Shown piece by piece: positions 53,259 to 64,000 of a DNA stretch of 64,000 bases. Positions within the stretch are counted from its first letter, which is position 1. Each line of letters starts with the position of its first letter. The notes beneath the pieces were generated by a model. That model did not search any database. It saw only the letters and a list, made by a program, of their open reading frames with translations, and was not told the origin of the DNA. This DNA comes from Anaeramoeba ignava BMAN (taxonomy: Eukaryota > Protista > Anaeramoebae): the NCBI GenBank assembly GCA_028826165.1, contig JAPDFW010000059.1, positions 1,364,001 to 1,428,000 on the forward strand. Reading direction: 5' to 3'. Position numbers and translations under genes: made by a program.

Positions 53259-56200
53259 TTATTTTTTAGAATCATTTTCATCAATACTTTGTAAATATAA
53301 ATCTTTTTCAGTATTAACAGTTTCCATAACAATATCATCAATATTTCCTTGATCATTCATTTCATTTTCATCTCCAAGAAGAGGTTCATCAATATCATTA
53401 ACTGAATAAACAGTAACTGATGGTGTTACTTTAACTACTTTTCTTTTTTTATACCAATAAAATGCAACTCCTCCAACAACTGCTAATGCTCCAAAACTTG
53501 TTCCAAGTCCTGCATATAATCCTGTTTTGGATGTTGTACTTGGTTCAGAATCTGTTTTAAAATAAAATTTGTTACTCCAAATTGAATATCCAATTTCATT
53601 TGTTGATCTAACTTCAATAGAATAATTTGTTGATGAACTTAAATTTGCAACAACTCCACTGTTAATTGTTGTAAATGTTTCACTCGTTTCATTTTCATTT
53701 TCATTTTCATTTTTGATTGATTTTATTTCATATTGAATTATTGATTCGGCATTAATTCTTGGTTTATTCCATTCAATACTTAATGAATTATATGATTTTT
53801 TTGTATTATATAATTCTTTGATTTGTTCTGGAATTGTTTTATTGGTTTCGAATTGAAATGGTTTACTCCATTCTCCAAAATATTCATTAATTTCTGCTCG
53901 AACTTTAACTGAATAATTTGTAAATGGAATTAAATTATCAAATGAAAAAAGATCTGAAATGAAATTAGTTCGATTAAATCCTGTATCAAGAAGAACTGTA
54001 TATGTTGTAATATCTGGATCATTTAAATTTTCCCATCCAATAACTGCTGAATATGATTCAAGATTTTTTAAGAATATTCCTTCAACTTGTGAAGGTGCAA
54101 ATGTTTGTGTACTTATTGAAAAATTTGATGAATTTCCAAATCCAATTGAATTAAATGGAATTATTATTATTGTATAATTGGTTTGTGTTGTTAAATTATA
54201 AAATGATCCTTGATTTGTGTTAACTTGAATTTGAATTGAATTTGTTAAATTGTTATCTTCAATACATGTAACATTATATCCATCAATATATCTTCCTCCA
54301 TTATTAGGTTCATTCCAACTTAAAATTAAATAAGTTCTTCTAATTTCGATTGGAATTAATTCTTCAACTTTAAATGGTACTTCTGCTGAATATGTTGAGA
54401 TGTTTTTATCTTCACTCCATTCATTACATTCTCCAATAGGATTAATTGCTTTCATTGAAATTGAATATTCTCCTGATATTAAATTACTAATATTATATTC
54501 ATTTTCTGTTGAATTAATTTCAATTTGTGTTGAATTTTGAATACTTAAATTGGAAAATCTATATGAAAGAATATAAGAAGTAATATTTAATCCTCCATTG
54601 TTTGGTTTTTTCCAATTTACTTTGATTGATGTTGAACTTAATGTTGTTGCATTAACTTGTTCCATTTGTTTTGGTGTTGTTGGTTGTGATGTTGATGCAA
54701 TTAATGTTTCTGAATAATTTGATTGTCCAATTTCATTTATTGATGAAATTGAAATATCGAATGTTCCTGATAAAAGTGAATTAAATTGATATTGATATCC
54801 ACTTGTTGGTGGTTCAATTTGAATATATTGTGTAATATTTGTTGAATATGGAGTAAATGAAAAAATATAATTGATTATTGTTCTTCCATTATCATTTGGT
54901 TTATCCCATTTAATTGTAATTGAAGTTGATGTTGCTGAAATTTGAGTTAATCCTGTAATTATATCTGGAATATTTGGTGATAATGTATTCATTAAAACTA
55001 AAATTCCTTCTGATTCTCCAATAGAATTAATTGAATAAACTGTAATATTATAAGAATCTGAAAGTAAATTTGTTAAATTATATTCTGATACAACTTCATT
55101 TGTTGAAATATTCCCATTTGAACCATTAGAACTTAATCCTTTATATTCAATAATGAAATATAAAATTGGTTTACCTCCACTTGAAATTGGTTGATTCCAA
55201 CTCATATAAATTGAAGTTGAAGTTGAATTGATAAATAAAAGATTTGAAATTGGAGAAGGTGAAGTTGGTTGTAAAGTTGAAAAAACAATAACATCACTTG
55301 TTGCTCCTTCTCCATTTTGATTTGTTGCTGATATTTTGATACTATAATTTCCTGAATAAATATTATTAAGAATATAATCATTTATTGAAGGTGATGGATT
55401 TCCTTCTAAATCAATTAAAATTTCATTCCAAAATGTATCACTTGTTAATTTATAATATAAATTATAAGAAGTAATATCACTTCCTCCATTTCCTGGTTTT
55501 TCCCATTCAATTCCTAATGATGTTGATGTTGAATTAATTAATGAAGGAATTGATATTTTATCTGGAATAGTTGAATCATCAGTTGAAATTGTTGCAATAT
55601 CACTCCAATAATAAGACCATCCAGCATCATTATATGCTTTGATTTCAAAATCATATGATGTTTCAGATTCAAGATTTCCAATAATACAACTTAATGATGT
55701 ATTCATTATATTAATTACATCTGTAAATATTGAATCATTACTTAATTTATATTGAATTTTATAAGCTTTAACTTCATCTCCACCTTGATCATTTGGAATA
55801 AACCATCCTAATGTTATTGAAGTTGGTGAACTTGAAATTTTATAAGGTTTATCCATAATTCCAGGAGGAGAAGGAGGATTAGTATTCATTATAAATTCAG
55901 TTCCATTATTTGAAAATCCAACTGAATTATTTGATTGCATTTTGATTGTATAAGTTCCTGAAAGTAATGAAGTTAATGTATAATAAAGATTTGTACTAAA
56001 AAGATCAATAGAGTAAAAATCTTCAGAAGGTGTTGCATTTTCATATTTATACCAAATTTTATATCCAATAATTGTTGAACCTCCATTTGATGGTTTAATC
56101 CAAGAAATTGAAATTGATGAAGAAGTTTTTCCAGTTTGTGAAATTGAATTAACTGGTGATGGAATTGTTGATGGATCAGTTTCAATAGTTAAATTATAAC

Positions 56201-59200
56201 TTAAATCAGCTTCAGGAGTAATTGAATTCAAAGCACGAATAGCTATTGTATAATTTGCATAATCTAAATTAGGAATTGTTGCTTCAAGAACATCAGGAGA
56301 AACAAGTTGATAATTCCAATTTATTTCAGGAATTTTCAAAAAAGCAATTTGATAATTTGTAATTTCACTTCCACCATTTGATTGAGGAGCTAACCAATTA
56401 ATAGAAATTGAATCACTAGTATGATTAATTTCATTTAATGAAGTAATAACAGAAGGACAAGTTGCTGGATCAGTCCAAATTGAAAAATCAGATGAAAAAT
56501 CTCCAATAAATAATTCACTTTTTGCTCTAACTTTAACAATATATTCACCAGAAAGAATTGAAGTAATATGAAATGAATGAATATCAACTTCAAAACTATA
56601 AGTATTCCAAGTTTGATTACCAGCTTTATGAAACCAAAGATCATATCCAATTAAAGGAGATCCTCCATTTGAAGCATTTCCCCAAGTTATACCAAATGAA
56701 GTTGAAGATTCCCAAGATAAATCTTCAGAAATTGAAGGAGGAGAAGGAGGAATTGCACTTAAAGTACTTGCAGCAGTTTCAAGTGTCCAAACTCCAGTTC
56801 CTATTTATTTTTTTTCCAATATTTATATTTTAAATTAATTTAATTTGGGAATATAAATAATAAATCAAAATAATAAATAATCATATTTAAAATTTAATTT
56901 AATAAATCAAAATAATTTGGGAATAAAAATAATAAATCAAAATAATAAATAATCATATTTAAAATTTAATTTAATAAATCAAATTAATTTTGGGAATAAA
57001 AATAATAAATCAAAATAATAAATAATCATATTTAAAATTTAATTTAATAAATTAATTTAATTTGGAAATATAAATAATAAATCAAAATAATAAATAATCA
57101 TATTTAAAATTTAATTTAATAAATTAAAATAATTTGGGAATATAAATAAATTGAAATTGATTTTGAATAAAAATAAGAATAATAAATCAAAATAATTTGG
57201 AAATATAAATAATAAATCAAAATAATAAATACCTTCATTATTATATCCAGCAACTTGAGTTAAATAATTTCCTGAGTATAAATTACTAATTGTATATTGA
57301 TGAACATCTCCAACAAGAGTAACTTCAATCCAATTACTTTCTCCATAAGGTGTATATTTAACTTTATATCCAAGAACTGAAAAATTAGGAGGATTTCCCC
57401 ATAATAATCTAAATGAAGTTGGAGTTTGTGAATCAAAAGTAGGTTGTGACATTTGAGTTGGAGTACATTCTGTTTTACCATTTCCTGAATTTGTTGTGCC
57501 TCCTGGACATGAACTACATCCTGTATTTCCTGTTCCAGTATTATAAGTATTTTGATTACATTGAGTACATGAAGCAGAATTTGTTGATGTTGAATATGTT
57601 CCTGCAACACAAAATGGACAAGTTGGAGTTGGAAGAGATGAACCAGCAAGACAAACACATTGTCCATTTGGTTGACAATTTCCTCCATTATAACAGTCGT
57701 TACAATCATACACACGATTTCCATTATATTTACATGAATATGATGACCACCATAATGAATTATCTTCAATATTTTTTTGACCATTTCCAGTATTATCAAC
57801 AATAACAACATTTGTCCAATCAATATTATTATGAATCAATCCAAAATCAATCGAGCAATATAAACCACCACCAGATGAAGAAGCATAATTATCTTTGATT
57901 AATACATTTGTAAGTTCTGTTGAACATAATCCATTATAAATTGCTCCTCCTTTACTTGCTCGATTATTAATTAATTTACTATTTCTCAGTACTGGATACC
58001 AATTCACAATCAAACAATAGAATTGAATTGCACCTCCTATTTTGATTTTTGATTTAAATTTGATTTAAATAATAATAAATAATATTAAATAATAAATAAT
58101 AAATATTAAATATTAAATATTAAATAATAAATATTAAATAATAAATATTAAATAATAAATATTAAATATTAAATATTAAATAATAAATATTAAATAATAA
58201 ATATTAAATAATAAATAATAAATATTAAATAATAAATATTAAATATTAAATAATAAATATTAAATATTAAATAATAAATATTAAATAATAAATATTAAAT
58301 ATTAAATAATAAATAATAAATATTAAATATTAAATAATAAATATTAAATATTAATAAATAATAAATATTAAATATTAAATAATAAATATTAAAATAAATA
58401 ATAAATATTAAATAATAAATATTAAATAATAAATATTAAATAATAAATAAATAAAAATAAATAAATATTAAATAATAAATATTAAATAATAAATAATAAA
58501 TAATAGATAATAAATATTAAATATTAAATAATAAAATAATAAATATTAAATAATAAATATTAAATATTAAATATTAAATAATAGATAATAAATAATAAAT
58601 ATTAAATAATAAATAATAAATATTAAATATTAAATAATAAATATTAAATATTAAATAATAAATAATAAATAATAGATAATAAATAATAAATATTAAATAT
58701 TAAATATTAAATAATAAATATTAAATATTAAATAATAAATATTAAATAATAAATATTAAATATTAAATATTAAATAATAAATATTAAATATTAGATATTA
58801 AATAATAAATATTAAATATTAGATATTAAATATTAAATATTAAATATTAAATATTAAATAATAAATAAATACCTTTATCACTATTACAATTTTGGAATGT
58901 AAAACCATCAACTAAAGGTGAACTTGAATCATGAACATACATACATTGTCTTGCATTTCCTCCATCTAAAATAGTTACATCAGGTCCTCCAATAGAAACA
59001 ATATCCCACCAAACATCCCATCTATCTATTGTTTGAGAAAGATAATAATGACCAGGATAAACACAAACAGTATCACTATTTCCACTAACTGATAATCCTT
59101 TTTCGATTGTAGCACATGCAGTTTCATATGATTCACAATTATTACCATCACTTCCAAATGATTGAGCAATATATTTTGTACATGTATAACTTGTATCATC

Positions 59201-59338
59201 AAATTTATAATTTGCTAATATTCTTTCTAATTTTATCACTTCTTCATTATTATTTGAATTTGTTTTTGAAGTTGAAATTGAAAATATTGTAAATATTAAA
59301 GTTATTCCAAAAAATATTATTAATTTTGGGTTTTTCAT
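53259..59338 (-). CDS. Type I membrane receptor/adhesin, copy 2; exons 59338-58873, 58036-57233, 56800-53259
   Basis: Same architecture and intron positions as copy 1. Confidence 0.88.
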
Positions 59339-60008
59339 TTCCTTTTAATTAATTTTTAATTTCTTTTTTAATTTAGTTTTTTGTGAATTTGAAAAAGAAG
59401 ATTAAAAAAAAATGAAAAAAAAATAAAAAAAATTATTTTTAAGTTGTGATTAAAGAAAAAATTGTGATAATTATGATGATTTTTTTGATTGAAATTGAAA
59501 ATTGTTAAAATGTGGCAAAAAATAATTAAAACAAGTGAAAAAAAGAAAAAAAAGAAAAAAAATTTTTGTTAAATTGATTAATCTTTATTTACTTATTTTT
59601 TTTTATTTAAATTTTCCAAAAATAAAAAATTAAATAAAAATAATCAAAATAAATTTTAATTTTTAAATATCAAAAAAATAATTTGTTTATTTATTTATTT
59701 GTTTGTTTGTTTGTTTATTCCAAAAATTATTTTTGAAATTAAAAAAAATTTAATTTTGTTATTTTTTTTGATTTTATTTTTTTTTTTTTTAAAAAGATTT
59801 GAGAAAAAGATTTGAAAAAGAAGAAAAGATTTGATTGAAAAAGATTTTGAAAAAAGATTTGAAAAAAAGATTTGAAAAAAAGATTGAAAAAAGAAGAAAG
59901 ATTTGAAAAAAAGATTTGGAAAAAGATTGAAAAAAAGAAGAAAGATTTGGAAAAAATTGAATTAAATTTTGAAATTGAATTTTGTTTTGGAATTGTTGTT
60001 TTGATGAA

Positions 60009-63000
60009 TTATTTTTTAGAAGTAGTTTCTTCAATACTTTGTAAATATAAATCTTTTTCAGTATTAACAGTTTCCATAACAATATCATCAATATTTCCTT
60101 GATCATTCATTTCATTTTCATTTTCATCAATATCATTAACTGAATAAACAGTAACTGATGGTGTTACTTTAACTACTTTTCTTTTTTTATACCAATAAAA
60201 TGCAACTCCTCCAACAACTGCTAATGCTCCAAAACTTGTTCCAAGTCCTGCATATAATCCTGTTTTGGATGTTGTACTTGGTTCAGAATCTGTTTTAAAA
60301 TAAAATTTATTACTCCAAATTGAATATCCAATTTCATTTGTTGATCTAACTTCAATAGAATAATTTGTTGATGAACTTAAATTTGCAACAACTCCACTAT
60401 TAATTGTTGTAAATGTTTCACTTGTTTCATTTTCATTTTCATTTTTGATTGATTTTATTTCATATTGAATTATTGATTCTCCATTAATTCTTGGTTTATT
60501 CCATTCAATACTTAATGAATTATATGATTTTTTTGTATTATATAATTCTTTGATTTGTTCTGGAATTGTTTTATTGGTTTCGAATTGAAATGATTTACTC
60601 CATTCTCCAAAATATTCATTAATTTCTGCTCGAACTTTAACTGAATAATTTGTAAATGGAATTAAATTATCAAATGAAAAAAGATCTGAAATGAAATTGG
60701 TTCGATTAAATCCTGTATTAAGAAGAACTGTATATGTTGTAATATCTGGATCATTTAAATTTTCCCATCCAATAACTGCTGAATATGATTCAAGATTTTT
60801 TAAGAATATTCCTTCAACTTGTGAAGGTGTAAATGTTTGTGTACTTATTGAAAAATTTGATGAATTTCCAAATCCAATTGAATTAAATGGAATTATTATT
60901 ATTGTATAATTGGTTTGTGTTGTTAAATTATAAAATGATCCTTGATTTGTGTTAACTTGAATTTGAATTGAATTTGTTAAATTGTTATCTTCAATACATG
61001 TAACATTATATCCTTCAATGTATCTTCCTCCATTATTAGGTTCATTCCAACTTAAAATTAAATAAGTTCTTCTAATTTCGATTGGAATTAATTCTTCAAC
61101 TTTAAATGGTACTTCTGCTGAATATGTTGAGATGTTTTTATCTTCACTCCATTCATTACATTCTCCAATAGGATTAATTGCTTTCATTGAAATTGAATAT
61201 TCTCCTGATATTAAATTACTAATATTATATTCATTTTCTGTTGAATTAATTTCAATTTGTGTTGAATTTTGAATACTTAAATTAGAAAATCTATATGAAA
61301 GAATATAAGAAGTAATATTTAATCCTCCATTATTTGGTTTTTTCCAATTTACTTTGATTGATGTTGAACTTAATGTTGTTGCATTAACTTGTTCCATTTG
61401 TTTTGGTGTTGTTGGTTGTGATGTTGATGCAATTAATGTTTCTGAATAATTTGATTGTCCAATTTCATTTATTGATGAAATTGAAATATCGAATGTTCCT
61501 GATAAAAGTGAATTAAATTGATATTGATATCCACTTATTGGTGGTTCAATTTGAATATATTGTGTAATATTTGTTGAATATGGAGTAAATGAAAAAATAT
61601 AATTAATTATTGTTCTTCCATTATCATTTGGTTTATCCCATTTAATTGTAATTGAAGTTGATGTTGCTGAAATTTGAGTTAATCCTGTAATTATATCTGG
61701 AATATTTGGTGATAATGTATTCATTGAAACTAAAATTCCTTCTGATTCTCCAATAGAATTAATTGAATAAACTGTAATATTATAAGAATCTGAAAGTAAA
61801 TTTGTTAAATTATATTCTGATACAACTTCATTTGTTGAAATATTCCCATTTGAACCATTAGAACTTAATCCTTTATATTCAATAATGAAATATAGAATTG
61901 GTTTACCTCCATTTGAAATTGGTTGATTCCAACTCATATAAATTGAAGTTGAAGTTGAATTAATAAATAAAAGATTTGAAATTGGAGAAGGTGAAGTTGG
62001 TTGTAAAGTTGAAAAAACAATAACATCACTTGTTGCTCCTTCTCCATTTTGATTTGTTGCTGATATTTTGATACTATAATTTCCTGAATAAATATTATTA
62101 AGAATATAATCATTTATTGAAGGTGATGGATTTCCTTCTAAATCAATTAAAATTTCATTCCAAAATGTATCACTTGTTAATTTATAATATAAATTATAAG
62201 AAGTAATATCACTTCCTCCATTTCCTGGTTTTTCCCATTCAATTCCTAATGATGTTGATGTTGAATTAATTAATGAAGGAATTAATATTTTATCTGGAAT
62301 AGTTGAATTATCAGTTGAAATTGTTGCAATATCACTCCAATAATAAGACCATCCAGCATCATTATATGCTTTGATTTCAAAATCATATGATGTTTCAGAT
62401 TCAAGATCTCCAATAATACAACTTAATGATGTATTCATTATATTAATTACATCTGTAAATATTGAATCATTACTTAATTTATATTGAATTTTATAAGCTT
62501 TAACTTCATCTCCACCTTGATCATTTGGAATAAACCATCCTAATGTTATTGAAGTTGGTGAACCTGAAATTTTATAAGGTTTATTCATAATTCCAGGAGG
62601 AGAAGGAGGATTAGTATTCATTATAAATTCAGTTCCATTATTTGAAAATCCAACTGAATTATTTGATTGCATTTTGATTGTATAAGTTCCTGAAAGTAAT
62701 GAAGTTAATGTATAATAAAGATTTGTACTAAAAAGATCAATAGATTTAAAATCTTCAGAAGGTGTTGCATTTTCATATTTATACCAAATTTTATATCCAA
62801 TAATTGTTGAACCTCCATTTGATGGTTTAATCCAAGAAATTGAAATTGATGAAGAAGTTTTTCCAGTTTGTGAAATTGAATTAACTGGTGATGGAATTGT
62901 TGATGGATCAGTTTCAATAGTTAAATTATAACTTAAATCAGATTCAGGAGTAATTGAATTCAAAGCACGAATAGCTATTGTATAATTTGCATAAATCAAA

Positions 63001-64000
63001 TTAGGAATTGTTGCTTCAAGAACATCAGGAGAAACAAGTTGATAATTCCAATTTGTTTCAGGAATTTTCAAAAAAGCAATTTGATAATTTATAATTTCAC
63101 TTCCACCATTTGATTGAGGAGCTGACCAATTAATAGAAATTGAATCACCAGTATGATTAATTTCATTTAATGAAGTAATAACAGAAGGACAAGTTGCTGG
63201 ATCAGTCCAAATCGAAAAATCAGATGAAAAATCTCCAATAAATAATTCACTTTTTGCTCTAACTTTAACAATATATTCACCAGAAAGAATTGAAGTAATA
63301 TGAAATGAATGAATATCAACTCCAAAACTATAAGTATTCCAAGTTTGATTACCAGCTTTATGAAACCAAAGATCATATCCAATTAAAGGAGATCCTCCAT
63401 TTGAAGCATTTCCCCAAGTTATACCAAATGAAGTTGAAGATTTCCAAGATAAATCTTCAGAAATTGAAGGAGGAGAAGGAGGAATTGCACTTAAAGTACT
63501 TGCAGCAGTTTCAAGTGTCCAAACTCCAGTTCCTATTTATTTTTTTTCCAATATTTATATTTTAAATTAATTTAATTTGGAAATATAAATAATAAATCAA
63601 AATAATAAATAATCATATTTAAAATTTAATTTAATAAATCATATTTAAAATTAAAATAAATTAAAATTTTGGGAAATAAATAAATTGAAAAAAATAATAA
63701 AATCAAAAAAATAAATAAAAATTTAATTTAAATAATCATATTTAAAATTTAATTTAATAAATTAAAATAATAAATACCTTCATTATTATATCCAACAACC
63801 TGAGTTAAATAATTTCCTGAATATAAATTACTAATTGTATATTGATGAACATCTCCAACAAGAGTAACTTCAGTCCAATTACTTTCTCCATAAGGTGTAT
63901 ATTTAACTTTATATCCAAGAACTGAAAAATTAGGAGGATTTCCCCATAATAATCTAAATGAAGTTGGAGTTTGTGAATCAAAAGTAGGTTGTGACATTTG
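60009..64000 (-). CDS. Type I membrane receptor/adhesin, copy 3 (5' part outside the window); exons >64000-63778, 63532-60009
   Basis: Nearly identical FN3 stalk, TM and tail; same intron 2 position. Confidence 0.88.

Larger units (their letters stand above)
46588..64000 (-). repeat. Tandem segmental duplication, ~6.7-kb unit, at least 3 copies
   Basis: Stop codons at 46588, 53259 and 60009 (spacing 6671 and 6750 bp); shared exons, intron ends and part of the intergenic DNA. Confidence 0.92.

Noticed and set aside
47270-63565. Antisense and alternate-frame ORFs repeated in each receptor copy (e.g. 47270..47488, 49884..50144, 50263..50817 and counterparts)
   Set aside because: They recur only because the host gene is duplicated; they are shadow frames with no domain signal.

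Overview
Extremely AT-rich, gene-dense, intron-containing eukaryotic (protist) DNA read with the standard genetic code. The gene families (ankyrin-BTB, RCC1-BTB, BTB-BACK), the microsatellite-filled introns and a Trichomonas-type TCATTTTT initiator suggest a metamonad amoeba such as Anaeramoeba; this is inference only. I reconstructed about 18 genes by hand from splice sites. In order: a partial unknown gene, the DDX49/Dbp8 helicase, an ankyrin-2xBTB protein, Vps8, a secreted cupin, a BTB-BACK fusion, Mpp10, an MBOAT sterol/diacylglycerol acyltransferase, a truncated and degenerate RNF213/mysterin-like AAA+ protein, a C2-domain/EMAP-like (EML) fusion, an Rsa3-domain protein, two tandem RCC1-2xBTB genes, a divergent pantothenate kinase/folylpolyglutamate synthase pair, a stand-alone LRR protein, and a tandem array of at least 3 surface receptors of ~1,590 aa (beta-helix head, Cys-rich segment, 12 FN3, TM). 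Main findings: (1) the receptor array has nearly identical stalks but hypervariable heads and paralog-specific cytoplasmic tails; (2) the mysterin-like protein lacks its E3 half; (3) variable-sensor/constant-double-BTB Cullin-3 adaptor-like genes; (4) a near-universal Inr motif with compact bidirectional promoters; (5) the C2-EML fusion; (6) introns grown by AG-free tandem repeats. Seven frameshifts, all +1, are most likely assembly errors. No RNA genes, transposons, inteins or CRISPR arrays were recognised.
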